NCBI GenBank assembly: GCA_018648405.1
Contig: JABGRF010000250.1
Span: 1 to 24,000 of the forward strand
Reading direction: 5' to 3'
Source of the DNA: Candidatus Scalindua sp.
GTDB taxonomy: Bacteria > Planctomycetota > Brocadiia > Brocadiales > Scalinduaceae
DNA: 24,000 bases
A program made the translations under genes and the position numbers. The stretch's first letter is position 1. Every line of letters starts with the position of its first letter. Below are positions 8,918 to 18,851 of the stretch, piece after piece. The notes below the pieces were generated by a model that had not been told where the DNA came from, ran no database searches, and saw nothing but the letters and a program-made list of their open reading frames with translations.

Positions 8918-10537
8918 TTACCTCGCCTTACACACCTTTTCACGTGCTTGTTCTAAGACCTCTGCTGGCACAGAAAAAAGTTCTTGCCTCTCAATGATAT
9001 CAAAAAATAGAGAAACCAGCATTGGGTCAAACTGTGTGCCTGCCTTATCAGCAAGTTCTGCTATCATCTCTTCAGGAGACATCTTCGCTTTATATAGCCG
9101 TCCGGATAACATTGCCGCGATTGCATCAGTCATGGCAAATATTCGTGCGCCAAGGGGGATTTCGCTTTCTTTAAGCCCATCGGGGTAACCGGTTCCATTA
9201 TAGTTTTCATGGTGATGCTGAAGTATAGACTTCTCGTTGGCAAAAAAATCGAACATGTCTATCAGTTCTGATAGCATGTACGGATGGTCTTCAATCTCAT
9301 TCCTCTCTTCATTGTTTAACACTTTATTTTTAGCTTTTAAAGTTTTTCTCAGTAAAACTTTAAAATTGTCGTGAAAATTTGCCGAACGCTTAAAAGTTTC
9401 GATAATAGAGGGAGGAAGGGCAAGTGTTTCACCGATAAGGTTAATGTATCTCTTTACATCGTGATTATGTTGCTTGTGTTCCTTACCACCTAGATCACGA
9501 GTCAGAAGTTCTAACGATTCTATAGAAGATTTTTTTGTTTTTTCTAAAATCACTGAAAGACTTTCTTTCAGGTGTCCTAAATCACGGTCTTCACTAATTT
9601 TATTATCTTCAGATATCCAGGAAGGTTTCTTCATGTAAACAGTAATCCTGTTTCTTCCTTCTGCCTTAGATTGATAAAGGGCTTTGTCTGCACATGCAAT
9701 AATCTCTCTACCCTCTGTTAGTTGGTGCTGTTTTAGAGATGCAATACCTATACTTACAGTTACAGTTGTTGAATTGTTACCATCGACATACTTCTTCTTT
9801 TCACATCTTGTACGAATTTTTTCAGCCAGTTTTTGTGCCCCGGCAATACCGGTGTTCGGGAGAAGTACCATAAATTCTTCTCCACCATATCGGATGGGAA
9901 TATCAGTTTTTCGTGCATTTTGCTTTAGCTCCTCAGAAAATTCACGTAAAACTAAATCACCAAAGGTGTGCCCAAATGTATCGTTAACGTCTTTGAAACA
10001 GTCCAAATCAAGCAGGATACAAGATAAATCTGTTTTGTATCTCTGCGCACGTGCAAACTCCGTTCTAAGGATTTCCAGCATGTAGTGACGATTATACAAG
10101 CCAGTTAACTCGTCATTGCTTGCTTGTTTTGCAAAATTGTCACGTACAGACAAAAGCTCTTCATTCAATTCAATAATACGCTTTCCTGCCTTCAGGCGAA
10201 CCCTTAGTTCATTTTGATCGAACGGCTTGGTAATATAGTCGTCTGCCCCTGCATCCATTCCTTTGACAAAATCATCATGTTTGCCCTTAGATGTAAGTAA
10301 CAGTATAAATGTATACGGTTCCCTGGCCAGTTTTCTTACCTTACGGCATATCTCTACACCATCCATTCCAGGCATCATCCAATCGAGTATCAGAAGACTT
10401 GGCGCATTTTTTGACTTAATTACATCCCAGGCATCAAGACCATCCTTGCATGATACAACCTCATAGCCCATGTCTGTCAAAAGCTTTTCCAATCTGCGCC
10501 TTGTTATATTCTCGTCGTCTGCAATTAATACTTTCAT
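8918..10537 (-). CDS. response regulator with REC, GGDEF (diguanylate cyclase, I-site present) and HD-GYP (phosphodiesterase) domains
   Basis: REC: MKVLIADDEN...LILDWMMPGMDG...ITKPF (nt ~10178-10537). GGDEF: DELTGLYNR...RKTD-IPIRY-GGEEF, with RxxD exactly 5 residues before GGEEF (nt ~9638-10120). HD-GYP: FHDNFK ... HHHENYNGTGYPDGL...IPLGARIFAMTDAIAAM (nt ~8978-9505). Its start overlaps the Hpt gene's stop (ATGA at 10534-10537). Confidence 0.85.
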   Translation of the reverse strand: MKVLIADDENITRRRLEKLLTDMGYEVVSCKDGLDAWDVIKSKNAPSLLILDWMMPGMDGVEICRKVRKLAREPYTFILLLTSKGKHDDFVKGMDAGADDYITKPFDQNELRVRLKAGKRIIELNEELLSVRDNFAKQASNDELTGLYNRHYMLEILRTEFARAQRYKTDLSCILLDLDCFKDVNDTFGHTFGDLVLREFSEELKQNARKTDIPIRYGGEEFMVLLPNTGIAGAQKLAEKIRTRCEKKKYVDGNNSTTVTVSIGIASLKQHQLTEGREIIACADKALYQSKAEGRNRITVYMKKPSWISEDNKISEDRDLGHLKESLSVILEKTKKSSIESLELLTRDLGGKEHKQHNHDVKRYINLIGETLALPPSIIETFKRSANFHDNFKVLLRKTLKAKNKVLNNEERNEIEDHPYMLSELIDMFDFFANEKSILQHHHENYNGTGYPDGLKESEIPLGARIFAMTDAIAAMLSGRLYKAKMSPEEMIAELADKAGTQFDPMLVSLFFDIIERQELFSVPAEVLEQAREKVCKAR

Positions 10538-10878
10538 TCAACAAATTCCTTTAATGCATTTACCAGGCATTCTACCTCTTTCACCAAAGTATTATAAGCC
10601 TCCTCAACTCCATCCAGTCTGCTTTCCCTGCCCATCAGCTCCAATTGTAAAGCTGCTTCAAAAGCTGCTTTCTCTTCAAAATTAGCAATTGCTCCTTTCA
10701 GCTTGTGTGCCGCTCTCTCTATATCGTTACTATTACGGCTGTCAACAGCCTTTTGAATTCCGGAAAGTTGCTCTGGGACGTCATTTATTAATACCTCTAT
10801 AAGTTCTCCTAAAAACCCTTCATCTCCATCAAACTTTTTGAGTAACTCGTCCTTATCAAATAATTTATTACTTTCCAT
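10534..10878 (-). CDS. stand-alone Hpt (histidine phosphotransfer) protein
   Basis: 114 aa, helical, with the phospho-His motif AAHKLKGAIANF. Translationally coupled to the downstream REC-GGDEF-HD-GYP gene. Confidence 0.8.
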   Translation of the reverse strand: MESNKLFDKDELLKKFDGDEGFLGELIEVLINDVPEQLSGIQKAVDSRNSNDIERAAHKLKGAIANFEEKAAFEAALQLELMGRESRLDGVEEAYNTLVKEVECLVNALKEFVE

Positions 10879-11052
10879 TTGTTTTCCGTTAAAGTTGCCA
10901 TTGATACTTATTAATATGGTTCCAGATAGCTTAACAGGAGTTTGATTGTTCTTCCAACTAAATCTATGCCATTAATTTTAATGCTGAAAACACTTCAACT
11001 CTGCTTAGTGTGACATCATTCCCAGTCACTCTGGCATGTGAAGCCGTAGAGT

Positions 11053-11628
11053 CTAACCCGGTAATCTTCCCAGTTGTGAAATCAGTTTTTTACGAATGCC
11101 TTCCGGTGGCAGGACATAATCTACCTTCCCAGTTTTAATAGCTGACTTGGGCATTCCCCAGACTACACTGGTGATTTCATCCTGGGCAAACGTAACTCCT
11201 CCTATAGATTTTATGTAGCTTAATCCGTCTGTCCCATCCATTCCCATACCAGTCATAATGACTCCTGTAATATTGTCTTCCGCTGTTTTCCTGATTGATT
11301 TCATCGTTACGTCCACTGCTGGACGTACAAAACACACCTTCGGGCTTTCAACCAGTTGTATCATCTTATTATTAATGAGTTTCAGATGAACTTCACTTGG
11401 TGCAAAGTATACAACTCCGGGTTTCATTGATTCTCCATGACTGGCAATCTTAACTTCCATTTCAGTTAAACTATTTAATGTCGCACATAATGACCGGTTT
11501 GCACACTTTATCATATGCTGAACGAGCACGATACTTGCGTCCAAAAGTGGTAACCCGTCAAAGAAACCTCTCAATGTTTTAGGGCCACCAGTTGAAATTC
11601 CAATAATTACTATATTTCGTTTTTTCAT
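11053..11628 (-). CDS. CheB-type methylesterase/deamidase catalytic domain, no receiver domain
   Basis: 191 aa. The sequence contexts of the CheB Ser/His/Asp triad are all present: IGISTGGP, LVQHM, TGMGMDGTDG. Also AQDEITSVVWGMPKSAI. The N-terminus starts directly in the catalytic domain. Confidence 0.8.
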   Translation of the reverse strand: MKKRNIVIIGISTGGPKTLRGFFDGLPLLDASIVLVQHMIKCANRSLCATLNSLTEMEVKIASHGESMKPGVVYFAPSEVHLKLINNKMIQLVESPKVCFVRPAVDVTMKSIRKTAEDNITGVIMTGMGMDGTDGLSYIKSIGGVTFAQDEITSVVWGMPKSAIKTGKVDYVLPPEGIRKKLISQLGRLPG

Positions 11629-11655
11629 TGTTTATAAGGCTCCACCGCACTTTTC

Positions 11656-12030
11656 CTACTGTACGTATTCAATATACTCTGTCACTACTTCCAAAAGTTC
11701 TTCGGAAGTGAATGGTTTTCTCACGTAGTCCATTACGTACTCTGTCAGCTTTTCCAATTTTGGACAGGGATCATGCACTGCCGTAAGCATGCAGATAACA
11801 TTTCCTTTGTACAGCCCTTCGTCCTCAATCGCTGCAATAGTATCCCATCCGTCCATTTTCGGCATCATAACGTCCATCAGGATCAAGCCTCTGAAACCCT
11901 CTCTCAGCCTGTCCAGACATCCCTGTCCACTCTCAACAGCACAGATTGAATATCCACTTGTTTTGAGAATAATATCAACAGTAGACCTGATGGAGGGGTC
12001 GTCATCTACCACCATTATTTCCTTATTCAT
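11656..12030 (-). CDS. single-domain response regulator (REC only)
   Basis: 124 aa. VVDDDPS..., phospho-acceptor context LILMDVMMPKMDG, MLTA, VRKPF. Confidence 0.85.
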   Translation of the reverse strand: MNKEIMVVDDDPSIRSTVDIILKTSGYSICAVESGQGCLDRLREGFRGLILMDVMMPKMDGWDTIAAIEDEGLYKGNVICMLTAVHDPCPKLEKLTEYVMDYVRKPFTSEELLEVVTEYIEYVQ

Positions 12031-12051
12031 TTTTCTACTCCAATTAAATTA

Positions 12052-13182
12052 CTATTTCTCACTTTGTCTGATTGGGAGTGTAAAATGCACACTTGTCCCG
12101 TGTCCGGATCCCTGACTTTCAGCCCGGATAGATCCACCATGATTTTCGACTATTCGTTTGCAGATGGTAAGGCCCAACCCGGTTGAGGAACGATCAGTCC
12201 TTGAATCATCTGCCTTGTAGAATTCTTCAAATATACGTTTTTGCTGCTCGATAGTCATTCCTATCCCTGTATCTTTAATGGATATCTCTACATTATCATC
12301 CTTCAGAAAACTTTCAAACGTTACAACTCCATCTCCATTTGTATATTTAATTGTATTGCTAACAAGGTTATGAATTAATTCTTTGATCAACATTCTGTCT
12401 GCCTCAATGTCAAGAGGCGTGGTCGTATTGTTCACGATCTCAATCCCATTCTCTTTGAATACAGATGATAGGCTTTCAATGGTATTCCTGATTTCACTTG
12501 CGAGATCAACTTTTTCAACTCTTAACGAGACTTCGGGTGAATTCAATTGTGCAAGTTGAAGTGTTCTTTCTGTCAGATTTCTCATGTAGTCGACATTATT
12601 CATTATCAAATCCAGCATTTTCTTAGACTCGACATCCTCAGTTCGTTCGGCGACCATTGGCAAAAGTGCTACAAGAGGAGTCAGGGGTGTTTTCAAATCA
12701 TGACTGAGTTGGTTGACAAACGCATCCTTTTGTTCGAGAAGCTGTTTAATTTCCTCTGTTCTTTGATCCACACGCTCCTCAAGCTCAAGGTTCATGGTTG
12801 CTAACTGGTCTTGCAATTGTTTGGTACGTAAGGCCGCTCTTACCCGGGCTCGTAATTCGAATGAGTCAAAAGGTTTTGTGACGTAGTCTACAGCACCTAG
12901 ATCCAGCCCTCTGACACGGCTTTTATTGTCATCTGCAGCAGTAAGGAAAACGACCGGAATCATAACAAGTTCGGCATCATCCTTCAGGATCTGACAAACC
13001 TCAAATCCGGACATATCAGGCATGTCCACATCCAGAAGAATCAAATCCGGCTTTTCCTGTCGAGCCGACTCCAGTGCGCTTTTTCCATCCTCTACGCAGA
13101 GAACTTCAAGGCCTTCCTTTTTCAGATGAACTTCGGCAATAGCCATGATTTTTGTGTTATCGTCTACAATTAAAACTTTCAT
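12052..13182 (-). CDS. cytoplasmic REC-HisKA-HATPase hybrid histidine kinase
   Basis: 376 aa. REC (MKVLIVDDN...LILLDVDMPDMSG...VTKPF), a coiled-coil linker, H-box FVNQLSHDLKTPLTPL, and ATPase G-boxes DTGIGM and GLGLTICKRIV. No TM segment. Confidence 0.85.
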   Translation of the reverse strand: MKVLIVDDNTKIMAIAEVHLKKEGLEVLCVEDGKSALESARQEKPDLILLDVDMPDMSGFEVCQILKDDAELVMIPVVFLTAADDNKSRVRGLDLGAVDYVTKPFDSFELRARVRAALRTKQLQDQLATMNLELEERVDQRTEEIKQLLEQKDAFVNQLSHDLKTPLTPLVALLPMVAERTEDVESKKMLDLIMNNVDYMRNLTERTLQLAQLNSPEVSLRVEKVDLASEIRNTIESLSSVFKENGIEIVNNTTTPLDIEADRMLIKELIHNLVSNTIKYTNGDGVVTFESFLKDDNVEISIKDTGIGMTIEQQKRIFEEFYKADDSRTDRSSTGLGLTICKRIVENHGGSIRAESQGSGHGTSVHFTLPIRQSEK

Positions 13183-13293
13183 GTTTTATAATCCATCCTG
13201 CATAACTGGTTACTCAGAGAATGCTTTCTCTATTCTACTTTAAAAATGCTGCAGTCTTTCTGTTAAAAGAGCTCAGGCTACAATTCGAGATTC

Positions 13294-16200
13294 TCAGGTT
13301 TGTACCTTTCTGCCTTGATCCGCTGCATGGCAAAGTACTTCAAACTCGTCCAAAGCAGTTGTGCAGGTTTCAATATCCCCAGCTTTTGCTGCCTCTTCCA
13401 GTGTCTTTGCTACTTTAGTCAACATTGGGTATCCATAGCTGCCTCCTGCGCCTTTCATCTGGTGCGCCAGCCGTTGTAGACCTTCATGGTCACTACTCTT
13501 TAACGCCTTGCGCATAGACTCTGTATCTTCTTCCAACCCGGCAACAAACTCATCGATGAGTACTCTCAGATCTGAATCATCTGCATATTCGGAATAAATT
13601 GTCTCTGTCACATCTTGCTTTGTCTCTTTAGATGCTGTTATTTCCGGTACTGATGTTGTCGATAATTGCCGTTTTTTTCCGTTACTCAGGTTCCTGTCTA
13701 TTGCATCGGCAAGCGTCTTTTTGTTGATCGGCTTGGATACATAATCGTCCATACCAGCCTTAAGGCACTTTTCGCGATCGCCCTTCATGGCATTAGCGGT
13801 CATGGCTATTATCGGGGTTTTATGATTCAGAACGGCTGAATTCTCATCACGTATGGTACTGGTAGCTTCATAACCGTCCATCAACGGCATATGGCAATCC
13901 ATCAATACCAGGTCGTAATCAAATTTCTCCAACAAGTCGACGGCCTCTTTGCCATTAACAGCGACATCCGTATGGTATCCAAGTTTCTTTTCCAATATAT
14001 GTAATGCAATCTTCTGGTTGACAACATTATCTTCTGCCAGAAGTATGCGAACACGTTGTTTATGATCCTCAGAGATAGAATATTTGGTAACTATTTGACC
14101 GGTTGTATCTTCCCCATCACTTGCAGTTTCTCCGGTAACTATCCTGAGACAATCCAGCAGCAGTGATTGCTTTATCGGCTTATTCAGATATGCCGCAAAT
14201 CCCAACTCTTTAAAATGCTCTGCATCCCCTCTACTACCAACAGAAGTCAGCATCACAAGGATCAGGTTCTTAAATTTTGGATCTGCCTTGATATCCTTGC
14301 AAAGTGATTCTCCATTTACCTCAGGCATACTATAATCAAGCAGGGCAATCTCAAATGGATCTTTATTATTAACAGCTTCATACAGCTTCTTCATGGCTTC
14401 CTTAGCAGAGATAGCCTCTTCAGTCCGGCAAGACCAGGATTCGAGGTACTTGCTAAAGATGTTACGATTAGTACCGTTATCGTCAACAATTAATACCCGT
14501 TTATTTTTTATGTCTCCCAGATCTGTTGGAATCGGCTGCTGATCATAAGGTTGTTTTTCCATCACAGCTGTAAAAAAGAAAGTAGAACCTTCCCCCTCTT
14601 TGCTTTTCACACCGATTTGTCCTCCCATCAATTCAGTAATTTGTTTAGAAATTGCCAATCCCAGTCCGGTGCCGCCATACTGCCTGGTAGTAGATGCATC
14701 TGCCTGAGAAAATGATTTGAACAGACGATCCATACGATCAGCAGGTATTCCTATGCCGGTATCTTTGACATCAAACCGTACTGTGACATGAGATTCTGTC
14801 TCTTCCACAAGAATTACATTAATTTCTACTTTTCCGCTGTCTGTAAATTTGATGGCATTTCCGGTAAAGTTAATCAAAACCTGCCGTAACCGTCCCGGAT
14901 CACCACGCAATAGGGACGGTACTTCCGGGCTCACAAAATAGGATATTTCCAGACTCTTCTCATATGCCTTAATGGCGAGAATATCAATGGTACTCTCCAC
15001 GGCAATACGCAGATCAAAATTTATGTTCTCTAAATCCATTTTCCCGGCCTCTATCTTGGAGAAATCCAGGATGTCATTAATGATGGTAAGTAGAGAGCCT
15101 GTACTGTCTCGAACAGTATCTGCAAATCCACGCTGTTCATGAGTTAACTTTGTGCCTAGTAAGAGATCCGCCATGCCCATTATACCGTTCATTGGTGTGC
15201 GTATCTCATGGCTCATATTGGCAAGAAACGTACTCTTGGCTGTATTAGCAGCTTCTGCTGCCTCTTTGGCAACATGCAGTTCTTCTTCCGCCCGTTTTCT
15301 TTCCGTTACCCTGCCCAATTGTGTAGCAAGGGGAGATATGATTTGCAGTAAGGATTGATCCGGTTCTAACTTTTCTGAGGAGAAGAACTCTAACACTGCT
15401 ACAACTTCGTTTCTTTCCAATATGGGGAAAGCAAATCCGCTTTTAACTTCAGTGCTTTCAGATAATCTTGCCCTGGGGAAATTAGGATCCTCTATTAAAT
15501 CTGAAATCCACAAGGGTTTTTTGCTTTCCAAAACCCGTCCCGGCAAGCCGGCACCTTTGACAAATGTTGTAGTTTCAGTATCTTTCATAAACTCTTTATA
15601 CCTCTTGTAATGATCGAAATACCATAGGTCAGTAGGTGTCATATTACCTTCTGCGTTCAACATGTATACATGTCCAAGTGAGAAGTTTGTAAACTCGCAT
15701 ACTTTGCCAAGACTGGTACGCATAGCTTCTTCTAAAGTAAGTGCTTCATTGGCGGTGACTGCTACTTCCTGCAATAGACGAACAAGTTTCGCCTCCTTAC
15801 GTAATGCTACTTCTGCCCTTTCCCGCGCATCTTCAGTATACCTGCGTGAAATACCTATGCTTAACACATTTGAGAGTTTACGCAGAAATGTTACTTCGTT
15901 CTCCACCCGCTTGTGGCCTTCCCGGAGATAAAGTACTAAAACTCCGAGCAGTCTCTCTTCCTGCATTATGGGTATGTTGTAGAGTCCATGCGGTTTCATA
16001 CCTTCAAAGCGAATATCGTGACGATCGTCTACACAATCAGAGAATTGAACATCACGCTTCTCTGCCGCTCTGCCGCACATACATTTCCCGAAAGGGACCT
16101 GTGCGCACAGCGTCTGTAGTTCTGGTGCAAGATTGTGATTTGTGACGAGTTTCAGGGTATCTGTTTGTTCATCTAAGTCAGTGAGAAAGATACCTCCACG

Positions 16201-18774
16201 GGAGAAAGAACCCAGCCATGGCAGAGAATCCAGTATCATATTCAATGACATTTTGAGAAATTCTTGTGTATCCAGAGTTTGATGCGTCAGGTGCATGACT
16301 TTGCCGAGGATCTCTTCTGTAATAGCGATCTTTTCTGCCCTTTTTTGGGCGTCGAACGCTTCTTTCATCTTGACCAGAGCAATTTTTTCACTCCTTTTAA
16401 GCGCTTCTTCTATCCGCTTGCGTCTTGTAACGTCTTCATTAACTGAAGTAAAGTGAGTAATATTACCATCACTGTCTTTGACGGGCGAAATAGATGACTG
16501 TTCCCAGTAGAGTATACCGTTTTTCTTTTTATTGCAGAATTCTCCATGCCAGTCACTACCGGATTTGATAGTATCCCACATTTTTTTATATTCTTCGAGG
16601 GGAGTCTTTCCGGATTTTATTATGCTTGGGGTTTGCCCAAGTACCTCTTCAGAAGTGTAACCGGTCAATTCTGTGAACTTGGGATTGATATATTCAATCT
16701 TGCCTTCATAATCCGTAATCATTACTGAAGTGGGGCTTTGTTCAACAGCACAAGATAAACTTTTTCTTTCATTAATTTCTTTAGTAAGTAGATTAGTCAT
16801 CATGTTAAAGCCGTTGGCCAGTGCTCCAATCTCATCTCTCGACTTAACTTCAGCTCTTTGCAAAAAGTCGCCTTTTGCAATTTCTTGTGAAACCCCGGTT
16901 AATTTTTGGATAGGGTTTAGAACCCGAATTCTCAACCACTGAATGAAGAGAGCGAAAACAAAAATTGTAGAACCAAGAATTATGTAGCCGATCCACATAC
17001 CTCTCTTTGCAGTCGCTTCCATTTTCAACACGGCGACACTTGCATCTCTACTGGATAAATTTGATATGGCCAATCCTGTATTGATTGCTTCTGTTGCTGC
17101 GTCAAACCAGGCTGCAGCGCTAACCGGATACTCTATCCCTTTGACTTGTTTAATAAATATCCAGGACTTGTCTGTTTCATAATCAAAATCAAGAAAAAAT
17201 GGTTTGTAAACAATTACTTCTCCTGATGCCAGACGGATATTTCCTTTCTTTCCTGAAAGAATCTGCTCTTTAGCATCAGGATAGTCTTGTTTTATATTAT
17301 GATGTGATATGTTCAATCGCTGCATCATTCCCCACTCTTTCACTTTATCCGGGTGGTGGATGTAGAATCCGTTCTGATTAGCTAATATATAGTCTTCTCC
17401 TTTTTCAATTTCTATGCCTTTGTGTAAAAGAGAGGAAGTATTTACTGACAAATTGAATACTACTATACAGCTTTGCTCTCCGTCTGTATGAACGGGTGTT
17501 GCAAAACGCATAACAGGTTTATATGGTGTTTCAATGCTTCCGTGTTCTATGTTGAGATCAAGCGAAGATACATAAATACTTCCTAATGGTAGATTTATGG
17601 AATCTGTAAAATAGTATCTGTCACTCTTGTCTTGTAATAGTGGGCCACGAATTATTTTGCTGGTATCACCATCAAAATTAACACGCACTCGCTCATAACC
17701 GGAATTATCCAAAATCCTAATCTGTCCAAAGACAGTTTTTATCTGAGAAAAGGAGCTAATTAGATTTTCAACAGAAATCAGCTGCTCAGATAGTTGAGTA
17801 TTGTCTTCTTCCCTCAATGATCTGGCTAATGCGACCACACTCTTATGCTTGCTCATACTCAGCAGATCAGTAGATATTCCATGTAAATAATTACGAAATG
17901 TCAGAATTCTTTTATCAATTTGTGTTTCAGCTCTCTTTTGCTCTTCTTCTTGCCTCTCACTTGCCGAGAAAACGTTCTCCCTTAAAAGCTGAAATGATTG
18001 CATGAATTCTTTTTCAAATGTCTCTATAGCCAGTTTCATTCGACTTGAAGTAGTTGGAAACTTTTTTAAAGCTATCACTTGTCCTAGAGATTGGTCGACT
18101 ACTGAACGGTAGCGTTTGATTTCTTTGGTTGTCTCATCAGAGAAACGTTTTCCGGATGCAATAGCATTACCGACAAGAGCCCGCTCTTTTCCTGCATATT
18201 CGCATAACCTTGCAATATTGGGGCGCAGGACGCTATTTAAATAGAGTATCGTCTCCTCTTCTCTTTGCGGGGTAAAGGTGGTATCGAGCAAGTTGAATTC
18301 ATTATTAATATTAAGGGTAACGATATCAATCCACTCATCTTTGGAAATGCCTCTGTTTTCGATTCTGGGACGGGTAAGCGTATGGGCCTCATAACTCCTG
18401 CGCCACGTATTCAGTCTTTCAACAAGTACTTTATCCTTCATGATACTCAGAAGCTTTCTTATCTCTTCTTCAGCCTGTGAGACTTCGGAATCTCCCTTCT
18501 CTGCCATTTCAAGAAATGTTGAAAACAGGGGCGATGAATTTCCTTTGTCATCCCCTATTATCGTAGCGCCATAACCACGTTCAATAGCTTGCCACCCAGT
18601 TGCATTATTCAGGTGAATGACAATTTTATTCCTTATAGTATATTCATCAGATAGTTTTTTCGTTTTGAAAGATCTTCTTATTGACATTCCTGACAGCGTA
18701 GTCAGTACACATAATAAGATCACCGAAACAAATAGTGTTTGATATTTTAGTGTTTTAAATTTATGGGTCTTCAT
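13294..18774 (-). CDS. giant transmembrane hybrid sensor histidine kinase: large periplasmic sensor, HAMP, PAS, 2 x GAF, HisKA-HATPase, 2 x REC, Hpt
   Basis: The track ORF begins at a TTG (18840). The first ATG is at 18774 ([24 protein letters not shown]..., a basic N-terminus running straight into TM1), so I prefer 18774. Numbering below is from the TTG. TM1 ~35-53. Periplasmic ~54-615 (nt ~16996-18681), with a NIT-like helical module ([12 protein letters not shown] and [15 protein letters not shown]) and a Cache-like module ([14 protein letters not shown]...RYYFTDS...). TM2 [26 protein letters not shown] 637-690. PAS 697-808. GAF1 ~850-1000. GAF2 ~1020-1178. H-box [15 protein letters not shown] (His codon 15208-15210). 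HATPase [20 protein letters not shown]1 ([11 protein letters not shown]). REC2 ([13 protein letters not shown]). Hpt ([13 protein letters not shown]). Confidence 0.85.
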   Translation of the reverse strand: MKTHKFKTLKYQTLFVSVILLCVLTTLSGMSIRRSFKTKKLSDEYTIRNKIVIHLNNATGWQAIERGYGATIIGDDKGNSSPLFSTFLEMAEKGDSEVSQAEEEIRKLLSIMKDKVLVERLNTWRRSYEAHTLTRPRIENRGISKDEWIDIVTLNINNEFNLLDTTFTPQREEETILYLNSVLRPNIARLCEYAGKERALVGNAIASGKRFSDETTKEIKRYRSVVDQSLGQVIALKKFPTTSSRMKLAIETFEKEFMQSFQLLRENVFSASERQEEEQKRAETQIDKRILTFRNYLHGISTDLLSMSKHKSVVALARSLREEDNTQLSEQLISVENLISSFSQIKTVFGQIRILDNSGYERVRVNFDGDTSKIIRGPLLQDKSDRYYFTDSINLPLGSIYVSSLDLNIEHGSIETPYKPVMRFATPVHTDGEQSCIVVFNLSVNTSSLLHKGIEIEKGEDYILANQNGFYIHHPDKVKEWGMMQRLNISHHNIKQDYPDAKEQILSGKKGNIRLASGEVIVYKPFFLDFDYETDKSWIFIKQVKGIEYPVSAAAWFDAATEAINTGLAISNLSSRDASVAVLKMEATAKRGMWIGYIILGSTIFVFALFIQWLRIRVLNPIQKLTGVSQEIAKGDFLQRAEVKSRDEIGALANGFNMMTNLLTKEINERKSLSCAVEQSPTSVMITDYEGKIEYINPKFTELTGYTSEEVLGQTPSIIKSGKTPLEEYKKMWDTIKSGSDWHGEFCNKKKNGILYWEQSSISPVKDSDGNITHFTSVNEDVTRRKRIEEALKRSEKIALVKMKEAFDAQKRAEKIAITEEILGKVMHLTHQTLDTQEFLKMSLNMILDSLPWLGSFSRGGIFLTDLDEQTDTLKLVTNHNLAPELQTLCAQVPFGKCMCGRAAEKRDVQFSDCVDDRHDIRFEGMKPHGLYNIPIMQEERLLGVLVLYLREGHKRVENEVTFLRKLSNVLSIGISRRYTEDARERAEVALRKEAKLVRLLQEVAVTANEALTLEEAMRTSLGKVCEFTNFSLGHVYMLNAEGNMTPTDLWYFDHYKRYKEFMKDTETTTFVKGAGLPGRVLESKKPLWISDLIEDPNFPRARLSESTEVKSGFAFPILERNEVVAVLEFFSSEKLEPDQSLLQIISPLATQLGRVTERKRAEEELHVAKEAAEAANTAKSTFLANMSHEIRTPMNGIMGMADLLLGTKLTHEQRGFADTVRDSTGSLLTIINDILDFSKIEAGKMDLENINFDLRIAVESTIDILAIKAYEKSLEISYFVSPEVPSLLRGDPGRLRQVLINFTGNAIKFTDSGKVEINVILVEETESHVTVRFDVKDTGIGIPADRMDRLFKSFSQADASTTRQYGGTGLGLAISKQITELMGGQIGVKSKEGEGSTFFFTAVMEKQPYDQQPIPTDLGDIKNKRVLIVDDNGTNRNIFSKYLESWSCRTEEAISAKEAMKKLYEAVNNKDPFEIALLDYSMPEVNGESLCKDIKADPKFKNLILVMLTSVGSRGDAEHFKELGFAAYLNKPIKQSLLLDCLRIVTGETASDGEDTTGQIVTKYSISEDHKQRVRILLAEDNVVNQKIALHILEKKLGYHTDVAVNGKEAVDLLEKFDYDLVLMDCHMPLMDGYEATSTIRDENSAVLNHKTPIIAMTANAMKGDREKCLKAGMDDYVSKPINKKTLADAIDRNLSNGKKRQLSTTSVPEITASKETKQDVTETIYSEYADDSDLRVLIDEFVAGLEEDTESMRKALKSSDHEGLQRLAHQMKGAGGSYGYPMLTKVAKTLEEAAKAGDIETCTTALDEFEVLCHAADQGRKVQT

Positions 18775-18851
18775 ATTATTTCTTGTCAGGTTATCTTCGA
18801 AAGGGTGGATAATCTGTTGATCATTGAATATACGCGACAAAAGTTAATAGT

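Noticed and set aside
9684-10085. 133-aa plus-strand ORF, and similar antisense ORFs at 23018-23416, 15804-16145, 11789-12115, 6906-7217 and 3657-3962
   Set aside because: All are embedded antisense in confidently assigned genes. They have Ser/Leu/Cys/Phe-rich low-information translations and no recognisable motifs.
10879-11052. Search for sigma-54 (-24 TGGCAC n5 TTGC -12) or clear sigma-70 promoters in this gap, in 13183-13293 and in 8796-8917
   Set aside because: By eye, no match better than 3-4 of the conserved positions on the minus strand. No internal promoter is claimed.
11053-12030. Interpreting REC plus CheB as part of a chemotaxis operon
   Set aside because: No CheA, CheW, CheR, CheY-FliM-type context or MCP signalling domain occurs anywhere in the 24 kb. 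The surrounding genes are phosphorelay and c-di-GMP components instead.
13216-13231. Hairpin AGAGAA-tgct-TTCTCT downstream of the giant kinase stop
   Set aside because: A 6-bp A/T-rich stem with no U-tract on the transcribed (minus) strand, so it is unlikely to be a terminator. The next gene is probably co-transcribed or has its own promoter in the 111-nt gap.
18775-18840. TTG-initiated 22-codon N-terminal extension of the giant kinase ([22 protein letters not shown])
   Set aside because: The track ORF starts at a TTG. The first ATG (18774) gives a classical basic N-terminus directly followed by the TM helix. The TTG start cannot be excluded, so it is noted in the feature.
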